A stretch of 63,382 nt of DNA, the filler included, from Dimorphilus gyrociliatus (lineage: Eukaryota > Animalia > Annelida), in NCBI GenBank assembly GCA_904063045.1. It is 3 parts of 3 records of this genome, joined end to end, with 100 filler letters (N's around TTAATTAATTAA, not from the genome) between each part and the next. Parts side by side here need not be neighbours in the genome. Positions count along the whole stretch, not along the records: positions 26,753 to 58,199 come from CAJFCJ010000133.1; positions 58,300 to 63,382 come from CAJFCJ010000146.1; 1 more part is not named here. One strand, written 5' to 3'. The position numbers and the translations under genes were made by a program. The notes below the pieces were generated by a model. It worked only from the letters and a program-made list of their open reading frames with translations. It did not search any database and was not told the DNA's origin. Below are positions 48,308-60,729 of this stretch, in pieces; position 1 is the stretch's first letter, and each line of letters begins with the position of its first letter.

Positions 48308-49065
48308 ATGATAATGATGATTCTAGTAATGATGATTGATACATTTTAATTTGTTTGTCAAATGATGTAATGTCATAATTATATTCTTAGTTTGTACAAC
48401 TGCAAATGAATGTTGTAATAAACGCAACCGAGTTCATGTTTATCGATCTTGCAAAACATATGTTGAATGCTCAGGTAGGAGTGAAATTCATATGAAATGC
48501 CCTGAATATCAAGTCTATGATCATGTGTCAAAGAAATGTCAGAAGTAAGTGTTCATTTGCCTTTTACTCCAACCTTAACCCTTAAACTACCTTTTTCATC
48601 TATACTTTTAGATTGATAACTGCATCGACACCTTGTGGAATGAATAGTGATTGTCGTAATCTAACTGATGGAAACTATCCTACTTTAAGCATGAATTGTG
48701 AATGTTTTTTTATTTGTGACAATTCAGTGCATGTTGGAAATAGATGCTGTCCAAAAGGTTATTATTAGTCTATTAATAGGGGTCAAAGGTTATATACTGA
48801 TAATTTATTCTACTTATTATAGGATTTGTTTGGGATGTCTACAATGAAGTCTGTAATTCAATTGAACGAACACCGCCACCTTGTGGAAGTAAAGTATATC
48901 CCACACCACGTCAGTTCATTACAAAAATAATACAAAGGTTAAAGCCCTAAAAAAAATTTTGTTTTTCTTATAGCTCCTCCTGCTGCTGTTGCTGGTTCTT
49001 CACCTTTTACTTTCTATCATTCACTGATACTGTTTAATCAAATCATGTATTATTGGTTTGCTTAA
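48308..49065 (+). CDS. Paralogous 2x CBM14 protein with a hydrophobic, GPI-signal-like C-terminus
   Basis: SCKTYVEC...KCPEYQVYDHVSKKC; CRNLTDGNYP...CECFFIC...CCPKG|FVWDVYNEVC...PPPCG. One frame break in exon 1; last-exon phase ambiguous. Confidence 0.7.
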
Positions 49066-49564
49066 AGAGAATTTTTAACATTCATTTTTAAATTGAAACT
49101 TATATTGTCTTTTGAATAAATGATTAAAATCTAAAATCAAATGAAAAAATCTTAGTTTGTTAAAAAAGAGACTTTAATCCTCTTAGACAATTTATACAAA
49201 CAACAATGTTTACGATTTATTATGCAAATTGTAGAATATTTTTAAATAGCCTAACAATATCACTTCCCTGCCAAAAAATTTTTACATATAGGCTTATATT
49301 TCAAGATATCAAAATGAATCAGTTATGATAAACAGCTTTTGGAGAAAGACAGACAGAAAAATTAATGTTTTAATTGAAAGGAAGAAAATAGAGAATGTAA
49401 ATAGGTTGAGAATAATTAATACTTTTACCCTAACCACAATCATAACAAACATTCTTTCCACTTTTTACTTCCTATTTGTTTGTATACTACTCTTCTTACC
49501 ATTTCAATATAGTTGCTCGCAAAATATCTTTTGTGAGGAAATACACCTGGTAATGGTAATGCGT

Positions 49565-49960
49565 AGTTGATTGGCTAGCAAGGAGATCTGACCTCAGCCC
49601 AATTGAAAATCTGTGGCATCTGAAGAAAAATTGAAGGAAAATTAAACTAAAATTAAAAGCAACAATATATGCTAGATACGTTATCTAATAGTTGTCACTA
49701 AAAACTTTCTCAACTTATAAGCCCTAGTTCAAGAGTTATTAAGACTTTAGTACACTAGCACAGTATGGATGATTGTATAAATATACCACCTACAAACTAG
49801 CTAATATCTTGAAAAAAACTGGATGGGTAATGCTGCCTCATCCAGCCTACAGAGCAGACTATTATCTTTTCTGGAGATTAAAGGACTATCTTCGTGGACA
49901 AGTATTTGAAAATGATAATGAATTAAAAACAGCAGTAAGGGCATTTTTTAGTCTACAGAA
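49565..49960 (+). mobile_element. Tc1 and mariner transposase relics
   Basis: DWLARRSDLSPIENLW (Tc1) and WVMLPHPAY...YYLFWRLKDYLRGQVF (mariner). Confidence 0.7.
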
Positions 49961-50143
49961 ATTAAATGAGGCAAAATATCAGATTTTATTATGTTCACCT
50001 TAGAATGAATTTTTTTAGTAGGCCAAAACATTGGATGTATAAATTAGATTTTTGATTACTTTCTATTCAATCAAAGCCTAAACTCTTCATATCTGATTAG
50101 TGGTCATTTTTAGTGATTAAGAGAATGTTCATAGATATAAATT

Positions 50144-52549
50144 GAGGCCAGGACATTTGGGCCTAGGACATTTCGGCCCACTTTTTGGACATTTCGGCCC
50201 AGGACATTTTGGCCCACTTTAGGACATTTTGGCCCATTTTAGAGCATTAATATTCAAGAATATAACTTTCCATTTTATGATGGATTATGTTTATTTTTTC
50301 AATAAGAAAGGAAACAATTTCAAAACAGTAAAAGAATGATATAACATACAATAACAAAAATGCAGAGTAAGAAATGTTAACTTTTAAAAAATATTTAAAT
50401 ATACAAGTCCATCCAATAATTCATCCAAACTCAGTTCTCTTTCTTCAAATTTACTCCACAACTGAAATAGTTTGAATTGTAAATCTTGATACTTCTTCTT
50501 TTGTATCTTTCTTAACTTTTTCTCAGACAATAACTTTTCAAAGATCTCTACTAACTCAGCTTCTCTTCTTAATTCTTTTATGAGGGAATACAAGTTCTCA
50601 TCCATGTTCAAGTTTTTGTTAAGCCTGGAATGCCATGCCTCAACATGATTGTTTGTTCTCACAGCCAATTGATAGACAGACCAGAATTTAGGAGGCCAAA
50701 TGCTGCTTTTAATAAATGTTTCTTCAATATAATCAAGCAAATCTGAAAAGAATTTCTTTTCACAAAGTTCTTCTTTTATTTGAAAAAACTTTTGTTCAAT
50801 AAATTTTGCTGGAAGATAGGCCAAACACATCAATTTTTGTAACATTTTCCCTTTATATTCATTTTCTTTATAATCATTAATGTATCCAAGTTTCTAACAA
50901 AAAATTTTCTATGAATATTTAATTGTTTGCAGTATTGTTTAATCTACCTGAATGTTTCTCAAAATTGCTTGCTTGAAATGAAAAGAGCATCCTTGAAGGT
51001 CAGAATTAGGAAACTGGTCTTTAAGTGCCATCCATATAGCCTTTTCAAAATCAAGAACACATTTCCTGGGTGTTTTATCATTCAGTAATTTTCTTATCTC
51101 CTGTGTTCATTTATAAGGAGTTAAATTAAAAGTGAATATCATATTGAAAAATTTCAAACCTGAAGAACAGCAATATAGCAGTTTTTCTTTTTGCTACTCA
51201 TCAGAACATAAATCAATGGAACCTGCTGATATTCATCATGTTTTTTCAAGAATCCATGAATTGAAAAGAGTTGATAAAATGGATCTCTAACAACTTTAAA
51301 AGTTGCATCAATGAACCAAATTTTACAACATTCAAGTAATTCTATTTGATGATTTGTACCAAATATAATACATTGATTTTTCTTTTCTTTTATATCTTTC
51401 AATAAGAAATCCATTGGAATTTCATCTAGATTTATTTCAAAGTGTAAATATCTAGGATGCTTTGGTCTTCTATTCTCTTTATATCTGGAAGCTTTTCTTC
51501 TTAGTGATTCTAATTCTGGTAAGTCTTCAATATTATCTTTAAATTTAAGAATAATATCTTCTGCTATTCTTTTACCAGTTTTGTCATTGTCACAATTTGC
51601 CATTTCTTTCAAATCCATTCTTGATTGAAGAACATTTTCCAGATTTTTATACAACTTATGAAGATGGTTTCCATTTTTTACAATGAAATTTGATCCTTTT
51701 TGTATTATGTATGCAGGACAAGGATTTTTAGCATATCTTTGAGTACATCTCCAGGTAATTGAACTCTCAGTTTTTCTTTTCATGGAATATGAACAATTTT
51801 TGTGTAGAAGTAAGTCTTTACCTTTGGTACTTCCACCAACAACAATTTTGAATTCATCTCTTTCAGTTTCCATAATGTTACACTGCTCATCCATCTCAAA
51901 TGAAGTTTCATCACTGATGTCAACTTTCATATCTCTCATATCTTGCCTATTATCAGGAAGATTCACCTCTTTTTCAATATTTGATGATTCAGTTGAATTA
52001 AAGTCAAAAGAGAGTCTCAGCTGTCAAAAATAATTTAGAGTGAGATATTAATATTTTTTAAGCATTGAAATTACCTGATTTGTGTTGCTTTCACTTGCAT
52101 AATCCATTGAAGATTCCATATCAATATCACTTTCTTGAAGAATTTCACTCTGATGATAATTATCTATTTTCTTCAATTTAATAAATAATTGTCTTCTCCT
52201 GACATCATGACAATCAGAGCAATAATCTGTATCTTAATATATAAATGATATAGCATTAAACATTGGAAAGTTTAATAGAATACACTTACTTTTTGAACAT
52301 TTTGCATGATAAAAATGTCTGCACAACTTGCATCTGAATTTTCTTTGAGTCCAGTGGAACCTCAATCCACACTTCCAACAATTTTTCAAATTCATGCTGT
52401 GGTTTCTATCAAAACTAGGATAAAATGCAAGAAAACAAATATACCCTCTACTTTTTTCACAACAGGAAAAGGAAATTGCAAAAAATAGTAAAATATACTT
52501 TTGAAAAAAGAAAACTGGTAATATGAAAATGTTTCAAATTTTTTGAATC

Positions 52550-52590
<41 letters not shown>

Positions 52591-52716
52591 GAACTGCAAT
52601 TGAAAATTACATGTTTTTTCTTGTTATTTTTCTAACATGGGGTGAAATATTTTGGGCGGAAATGTCCCAAAGTGGGCCGAAATGTCCAATGTCCTGGGCC
52701 GAAATGTCACTGCACC
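50144..52716 (-). mobile_element. Mutator element with FLYWCH-MULE transposase (broken)
   Basis: Termini G-N7-GACATTT with GGACATTTCGGCCCA subterminal repeats; FLYWCH (WRC...C...H.H); WFIDATFKVV...QLFSIH; RTNNHVEAWH. Flanks do not form a TSD. Confidence 0.9.
52553..52587. repeat. (TA)n microsatellite inside the MULE
   Basis: ~35-bp run. Confidence 0.95.
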
Positions 52717-55700
52717 TGGGTTTTGCCAGTGCTTCCAACTGGAATTTGATTTAAACATGTCTGAATTTCCAAATTCTTTCTTTCTACCATTCCATTACTT
52801 TGGCTATGGAATGCTGTTGTTTTAATTTTTCGTATTCCATTGATGTCACCATTTCTGTAAAGATTTCCCAAGAAAATTCCTTCCTTGATCTGTGAGAATT
52901 TCTTCTGGGATACCAAATATTGGGAAATAGTTGAAAAACAAATGTTTAGAAATCTCCTCAGCTGTTTGAGTTTTTAGAGGGAATATGTTGTTAAATCTGG
53001 ACATGTGGTCTATAATGACAAGTATATACTTGTAAGAATCATGTCCAGTCAGAGGTCCCATTATGTCCATAGCAATTCTTTGCATTGGAAGTGTTGGATG
53101 GGGTGTTTCCACCAGTAGATGTTTGTTTCCAGGTGCTCTCAATTGTTCACAGAATTCACAATTTCTAATATGTTCTTTGATTGTTTTCTTCAGTTGTGGA
53201 TGCCAAAAGGCTTGTTCCAATGTATGGATTGTTATGTCAACACCATAGTGTTCAAATAATTGATGTTGATGAATTTGTCCCAGTAGGCTTGTTAAAGTTG
53301 CCAATGGGATTACAAGTAGTGGTTGGCAACCATTCAAATACCATACCAGATCCTCTTTGACAAACATATGTTCAATAAAATTCTTATAATCCTTGACTGT
53401 TTCAACATCAATGTCTTCTCCTTCCAATTTATCTACAACTTTCATTAGTGTATCATCCATTATTTGTTCTGTGTAGAAATTTATCTCAACTGCTTTATTT
53501 TTCAATTTCATGACCTGTATTTGTTTTCATCTACTTGTAAGAATCATGTCCAGTCAGAGGTCCATTATGTCCATAGCTATTCTTTGCATTGGTAAAGTTG
53601 GGTGAGGTGTTTCAACCAACAGATGTTTGTTGCCTGGTGCTCTTAATTGCTCACAAAATTCACAACTCTTTATGTGATCTTTAATTGTTTTCTTTAGCTT
53701 GGGGTGCCAGAAAGCTTGCTCCAAAGTGTGAATTGTTATGTCTACACCATAGTGCTCAAATAGTTGATGTTGATGAATTTGTCCAAGTAAGTTGGTTAGA
53801 GTTGATAGTGGAATTACAAGTAGTGGTTGACAGCCATTTAGATACCATACAAGATCTTCTTTTACAAACATAGATTCAATAAAGTTTCCATATTCATTCA
53901 AAGACCCATTATCAATGTTTTCTCCTTCCAATTTGTCTACAACTTTCATTAGTGGAGTATCTAATACTTGCTCTCTATAGAAGTTTATTTCAACTGGTGT
54001 GATTTTTAGTTTCATAATCTGGGCTTGGATTTCAGTTATGTCTTCATCATAATCATTGTCTAGATTGTCATCTAAACAATCACTAATTCTTCTAAGTCCT
54101 CTGTATCAATATAAAAGCATTTAAGCATATCCTTTCTTTCTGCTAATTGGGGAACTGTATTGCCATTTTGTTTTTCTTCATTTAATCTTTCCTTAAGTAA
54201 ATTACGAAAATCAATTACTTCATCAGTTTCACCAATTCTTGATATCTAGTCTGCTCTATTAGTTCTTCCTGGTATGTATATTATTTCAAAATCCATATCC
54301 ATAAGTGCCATCACCCATTTAACAGTACTTGTATTCAGTTTGTTTTGTACAAATGTTTGTACCAAATTTTGGTGATCAGTGTAGAGAAAAAATTTCTTAT
54401 ACTGTAGATAATGGGAGAATTTTTGTACTGCCAATATACTGCAAAAGCCTCTTTTTGATAAGCTGCATATCTTAGTTGTGTATTGATTAGGAGCTTGGAA
54501 GCAAAAGATTGGTTTTCTTATTTTCTTTCCATCTTCTTCCCATTCTTGTTCTAGAACTGCACCAACTGCATAATTAGAAGCATCTGTTGTTAAATAGAAT
54601 GATTTAGTAAAGTCTGGCAGTTGAAGGATTGGGGGCTCTGTCATTGCATTCCTTAGTGTTTCATAAGCTTCCTCTGCTTTTTTTGTCCATTTCAGTTTTT
54701 CTGTCTTTTGGTGTACTTTTAATAATTCTCTCAAAGGTTTTGTGATTTTTGCAAAATCTTTAACAAATCTTCTATAATAACCACAAAATGCCACAAAACT
54801 CAACAGAGTATTTGCAAACATAGGTAATTTGGCATCTTTTATTTTCTGAATCTTTTCAGGATCAGTTTCAATACCATTCTGTGTAATTCTATGACCAAGG
54901 AATTGAACTGATTCTTGTAAGAATGCACATTTGCTCAGTTTAATTCTAAAGTCTTTTTCCTTGATTCTTTCCATAAGTTTCTGTAGAGCTACAAAGTGTT
55001 CTTCCAATGTTTTGGTAAAAACTATAATATCATCCATATAATTAATGCAGAAGTTTTCCAATCCATTAATAACAAAATTTGCCATGATATAGCTGAAGTG
55101 TGAAGGTGCATTTGCCAAACCAAATGGCATGCGGTTGAATTCAAATAAACCAAATGGCGTAATAAAAGCAGTTTTCTCCTTATCTTCTTCTTTGATTGGA
55201 ATATGATGAAATTCACTTGTTAAATCCAATATAGAAAAATATTTGTGGCCTCCTCCAAGCTTATCAAATAAATCTTCTGATGTGGGATTGGATAAAATTC
55301 TTTTTCGATTGCTTGTTAAGTTTTCTGTAATCCACACACTTCTTAATGTTCCTTCTTTCTTTTTCACAAAAACAATGGGTGAAGCCCATTGGCTTTTGCT
55401 TACTGTAATTAGACCATTTTCCAATAATCCATTTAATTGATCCTGCATTCCTGCTGTTTGTTGGGTGGCAATCTGTATGGTCTTTGTTTGAAAGGCTTTA
55501 TATCTTCCAATAATTCAATTGCCATTAGTGGAACATCTGGTGAACCAATGTCATTCTGATTTGTAGCAATAATATCTTCATAATTCTTTATCATTTCTTT
55601 TATTTCTTCTCTGTTCTTGTCAAGATTATTTTTGGACACATGTAAATAATTGTCAATTTCTAGTGTATTTGAATTAATATTGTGTACATTTTGATTAGAC

Positions 55701-55851
55701 AAATGTTCAAATTCAATACTTTCCAACTATAATTCTTCTATTTCAGGAGTTACTGGATTTTTCTTTTGTTCTTTTTCCACTTTGATAGTTATTCCATCTT
55801 CTAATTCAATGTATTGTGGTTTCATTTCCATTTCCATAGCTAAGTCTTCAG

Positions 55852-56140
55852 TTTCTTCTTCAGATGAATTTATGAGAATAACTGAGTCATTGTCAGACTT
55901 AGGTATATTTCCAGTCTCTTCATCAGATGAGTCTATAACCATTATGGAATCATTGTCAGACTCAATTGTGTTACTGGTCTCTTCTTCAGATGAATCTATA
56001 ACAATCATTGAATCATTATCAGGCTCAGTTATGTTATCAAGCTCTTCTTCAGATGAGTCTATAACAATCATTGAACCATTATCAGAATTAGTTGAATCAC
56101 TAATTTTATCTTCAGATGAGCTTGTACCATTGATTATATC
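55852..56140 (-). repeat. 63-bp (21-aa) coding tandem repeat, 4 good units + 1 degenerate
   Basis: CAGATGA recurs at 55861, 55924, 55987, 56050, 56113; unit SMIVIDSSEEELDNITEPDND. Confidence 0.92.
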
Positions 56141-57468
56141 CAAATCTGAGTCTGGACTGTGATCTGATTCAATACTTGTTTCTGTATCATAATTTTCAGA
56201 AGTACTGGAACTTCATCTGTGCCATAATTGCTATTTGAATCAAAACCATTGAATCCCTCATAAACTATGCTTGAACCATGAGTGTTGCTTGTATCATAGC
56301 CAGTATCTGGATCAGTAACTTCCATTTCTGAGTCCACACTATCTGAAATTCAGATGGAGTATCAAAAACTTCAGATGGAGTGTCAGAATCTTCAAAATAC
56401 TGTCCCATCATTCCAACAGTTACTTTTTTTACACTGCCTTGTTTTCCAAATTTTGTCTGGTGATTTTCTTTATATTGCAAAAACTTTCTAACTGGTTGTT
56501 CTTTTCTGATAAAGAATGGAAAGAAACTTGTTTTGTTGCAAAATCAATAAGACTCCAGCATTTTGTAGGAAATCATAACCAAGTATTATAGCCATATCTA
56601 GTTTTTCCATAATAAAGAATTCTTGTTCCATAATTCTTCCATTAAATTGAATATTCAGTTTTGCTTTTCCTTTTGTCTTTAAAGCATTTCCATCTGCTGA
56701 AGTGATGATTGGTAAGCCAGTGGTTTCTTTCTTGATGAATTTAGAATCCATTAACCTGATTTCTTTTTCTGTAATAAATGACAAAAGTGCTTCTGAATCA
56801 CATAAAGCAATAACCTCTCTTCCATTATGATTTTTCATTCGAAATTGGAAATCTTTTCTGCTTTTACCAAAGAAGTACACCTAAAATGTGTGATTTTCTC
56901 TTCTTTGAGATTAAATATTGCCATTCTTCCTTTAGAAATTTCAGTTTCATTAGGTTCATCAGGTTCAACATGTATTAGTCTGTTAAAGCTGCCTTTTTCA
57001 TTATTTCCTGCATTTCCATTTCTTTGTTGTTGAAATCTATTTTGAGAAAAAGGTTTAAATGTATGTTCATTTTGATTTGAGTTACTCTGATTGTTGTCAA
57101 ATCTCCTTTTGTACTGTTTGAATTCATTTTCGCTTTCCTTTCTTGCATTATCAAAAATATGTCTGCTCTTTTTGCCAATTTAATATACTGATTAACTGAG
57201 TTAATCTTTCCATCTTTTTCCACATGATTAACAATTTTTCCTTTAAGACCATTCCTGAATACAGTTAACAGTTGAAGTTCTCTAACTCTTTCAGAAACAC
57301 AAGCCATTTCAGTAGTATTGAATGGTAGGAATTTTTCCACAAGTTCTTTACTTCTTCTAACAAAACTTTGGACAGTTTCATCATTGAACTATCTCAATCT
57401 ATCAATTTCTTTTTTGATGACTATATTGATTTTTTGTCAAAACTGAGAGTTCAATTTTTCACAAACAA

Positions 57469-57699
57469 TACCAAATATAATACATTGATTTTTCTTTTCT
57501 TTTATATCTTTCAATAAGAAATCCATTGGAATTTCATCTAGATTTATTTCAAAGTGTAATCTCCAGGACGCTTTGGTCTTCTATTCTCTTTATATCTGGA
57601 AGCTTTTCTTCTTAGTGATTCTAATTCTGGTAAGTCTTCAATATTATCTTTAAATTTAAGAATAATATCTTCTGCTATTCTTTTACCAGTTTTGTCATT
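57469..57699 (-). mobile_element. Internal MULE transposase fragment inside Gypsy gag
   Basis: Near-identical to 51357-51588; no TIRs. Confidence 0.85.
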
Positions 57700-58199
57700 T
57701 TGCAGCCCCTCTAACAATAAATTCATCCAAATAGTCAAACTAACCTTTCCTAAAATGTTTTCTTGCTGGAAATATTTGCTAACAGGTACATTCACACCCA
57801 ACCCCATTGCTCTGATTTCCTCTAGTTCATGCTTTCTATCAAATATAAATTTGAATGTGTACAGAGTGTAAGAGAGGTTTATACTAATAATATATAAGTA
57901 TTACTCATAAAGAAAATGAATGATAAGAAGGGGTTAAGAACACCTTTAAAAATTATATAAAACAACAATATTGACATAACGATAACTTGGCTTACTGCCA
58001 ATTTAGGTGATGTGCTTTTTGACTACAGACAATTTACAGAAAGCCCTGAAAGAAAATGAAAGGGAAAGTTAAAAATTTAAAAATAGATTTGTGTCTAGTC
58101 TTAATAGTTTCTGGCAGGCTTTAGGATTGTTTCCAATTCTTACAGCTTGGAACTGGGTTACAGATAGTTTTAAAATCAGACAAACTTTGCAAATGATTT

Positions 58200-58299
58200 N
58201 NNNNNNNNNNNNNNNNNNNNNNNNNNNNNNNNNNNNNNNNNNNTTAATTAATTAANNNNNNNNNNNNNNNNNNNNNNNNNNNNNNNNNNNNNNNNNNNN
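58200..58299. other. Artificial contig-joining linker
   Basis: 44 N + TTAATTAATTAA + 44 N. Confidence 0.98.
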
Positions 58300-58799
58300 A
58301 GCTTTTATAAATATGATCACATTTTCATTCTATATTGAGTATTATAGATTAAAGTGAAATTTTAAATTACTTTTAGTTTAAGTGTAAATTACATTCACTT
58401 TTTCTAAAAATTATAAAATTTCTATATTTTTTATAAAAATACACGAAATTACTCAATTTGCACACTTGCACAATATATCAAAATTAGGGCATGTGCAATA
58501 TGAAATTGTTACATTTCATCTTTGTAAATTTTAATGAAATGAACCCAAACTTAGGCAACTGGGTAAAAGGGGATGCATTGCCAAAGCTTCACAATCTCTA
58601 ATCTTTGTTAGACTGGAACTTGATGGGTGCAGAATAAAATGTCCACAACAGAAATTGTCCATTGAATTGAAAATTGTTATTGATAATGTACAACTTTGGT
58701 TATATTTTACATGCTTGAACTCTATTATTTTATGCAACTGATACATGTACATCTTAAAACCTACCCAAGAAAATGCTATAATATTGGCCAAACATAAGT

Positions 58800-60729
58800 C
58801 TGATTAGTCAGCTTGAAGGCTCATCTTTAATTACCAATAAAGGTTTGGCCAAGTTATAATTTAATTAACCTTCCTAAATGTTGAACCTTGTAACATCCTG
58901 TTACTAAACATAAATATGAACTACACATTTTGGCAACTGTAAAGTGATGATTGGATGTCAGAGGCAAACCTCAAAGTATATAAATCCTCACTATTCTCAT
59001 TCTGCGTGCAGATTCCATCTGTTTATTCAGAATTGTATAATATTATTTCTAAGAACCCGAACAACCACTTGTTGTCTCTCCAATACTCCAACTGATACAT
59101 CGACGTAGTACATGCCTGGTTGGCTTGCCCTATAGCTATTATGATTGGAATTCCATGATTCATGCGAATCTAGAATGATGTTATCATATTTTATTTTTGT
59201 TGTAGATACAACAGGGAAATTTCACATTTTATAAGCATAGAATTTTGGAACAGTTTCGTTTAACCGAAATGCTGTCATAAAGGCTGTTTCGTCAGCTGTT
59301 CCACTAATAAGCTTTAACCTCAATTGGTCAGTAGAATTTAAGTATACTACAAATGTTCTGGATGCTTGATCAGGACTTTTTGAATTAATTATATCTCTAC
59401 CGAAAAAACAGTCGGATCTCAATTCGTTATTAATTGTCAGGGCAATCTTTGCAGAGGCTGCTGCTTTCATTTTTGTTCCAATATTGATGTAATACCATCC
59501 TTTAGACATGACTGATAGATAATTTAGATTATCCCCCACACCAAAACCTTTAAGTGTTTGAATTGATTTTATCTGAAGTATTTTATTAAATCCTGTAAAT
59601 CCAATGTATCTTGCTGATATCACATTTGTAGTACCATACTTGAAAGCAGTCCAGGATGTTTCTCTCCCATTTAAAGTGGCAACATATGACCGACCGGATC
59701 TTGAGCTTTGAATTAAACTATATCTATCCGGAGATGTCAGGTGGTACATTGCTGAGAAAGATATCGTGTCAGCAATTCCACCCCTCCTGTAGTAAGTCCT
59801 GGAGATGTTGAAAATATTATTTGATGGTCTAAGGTGTACACCTGCCTTTGAACTACTTGTAATTGCTACAGACATGAAGTAGTATCCTTGCTTGGTGATA
59901 GTTATTGAATTTGAAGTTGGATTAAACAGGTTTCCGTTATTGTAATTTATAACATGCCATGGGAAAACTTTATTGGAGGAAGCACTTTGTGTCTTAGTTC
60001 GCGATACTGTAAATGATGGATTTGAAATAACATTGCATGGTTCATTGGAGCAAGTGCTTGTTTCAACTAGATCTCCAGTGCAATCTGACCCTCCATTCAA
60101 TGGAGGAGGATTTGTGCAACTTCTGAAACGGCTTCTTATACCATGACCACAGTTTGGTTCGCAATTACTCCAACTGGACCAACTTGACCATCCGCCCACT
60201 CTTGCACACTTTGCATCCTTCGACTGAACACACATTTGTGTAGTGCAGTCATGAGCATTCAATGACGGTGTGAAAAAATAGCCATTTGGGCACTGCTGAG
60301 GCCAAGTGACTCCTTTATGACAGTGGAAATACTTATATGTTCCATTTTCCTTATCTTCACAGTTGGAATTTCGCAAAAAACATTGTTTTTCTGGATTAAG
60401 GTTCTTAAACTTATCATCTGGACATTCTACTGGACATGATCACTTTTCTCTTCAGCATTACTGAATTTCGCAATAGGACAATCAGAATGTTTTGGATCAA
60501 CACATGTTGTATATCAGCAATTATTTACTGATAGAGTAAAGAAAAGACCAGGTGGACACTGCTGAATAAATGATGTTCCATTAATGCAATGATAATATAT
60601 TCCACAATTATCAGGATCAGCAAATGCACCATTCATTGGTTCAAGTTGACTATTAAGAGGACAAGCAAATTGGTAAGAAAATCTTACCAATAAACATTCT
60701 AGAAACAAAAAAGCCAATAAAACTTTCAT
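58800..60729 (-). pseudogene. Secreted CBM14-CBM14-TSP1-(C1q-like)x3 gene, intronless, with in-frame stops and frameshifts
   Basis: Signal MKVLLAFLFLECLL; ADPDNCGIYYHC...QCPPGLFF; YFHC...QCPNGYFF; TSP1 WSSWSSWSNC...CG.G.RSR.R.C; C1q-like repeats with G.YY/F strands. TGA at 60514, 59222, 59027; frameshift near 60435. Downstream end approximate. Confidence 0.8.

Larger units (their letters stand above)
52717..57840 (-). mobile_element. Ty3/Gypsy retrotransposon (gag-PR-RT-RNaseH-IN), rearranged, LTRs not identified
   Basis: gag (ETVQSFVRRSKEL); protease ALCDSEA; RT RMPFGLANAP, YMDDII; RNaseH TDASNYAVGAVL; integrase HHCC and MDIMGP, TDQGRNF. Confidence 0.93.

Noticed and set aside
13132-49630. 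Horizontal transfer between the contig-1 Tc1 and the contig-2 Tc1 relic
   Set aside because: The shared sequence is only the universal SPDLNPIENLW motif; too short to infer transfer.
40246-50240. Short regularly spaced repeats resembling CRISPR arrays (40246-40375, 41598-41685, 50150-50236)
   Set aside because: Spacers are 1-8 nt, the repeats are mirrored at the element's other end, the context is eukaryotic and there are no cas genes: Mutator subterminal repeats.
441-55440. Many opposite-strand ORFs (441-779, 2775-2981, 17223-17861, 19266-19625, 23262-23564, 35292-35642, 36541-36777, 55243-55440 etc.)
   Set aside because: Shadows of real genes on the other strand; hydrophobic F/L/I bias from AT-rich antisense; no motifs.
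57840-58199. Gypsy 5' LTR and primer-binding site
   Set aside because: No second LTR copy for comparison (the 3' end is cut by the MULE) and no convincing tRNA-complementary site.
26653-58299. TTAATTAATTAA palindrome inside N runs (twice)
   Set aside because: Identical 44N-12-44N layout with six-frame stops: a pipeline linker. No adjacency across it is biological.
60505-60520. Selenocysteine at the C-TGA in the first CBM14 domain
   Set aside because: Extracellular disulfide domain, other stops and frameshifts in the same gene, and no SECIS recognised.
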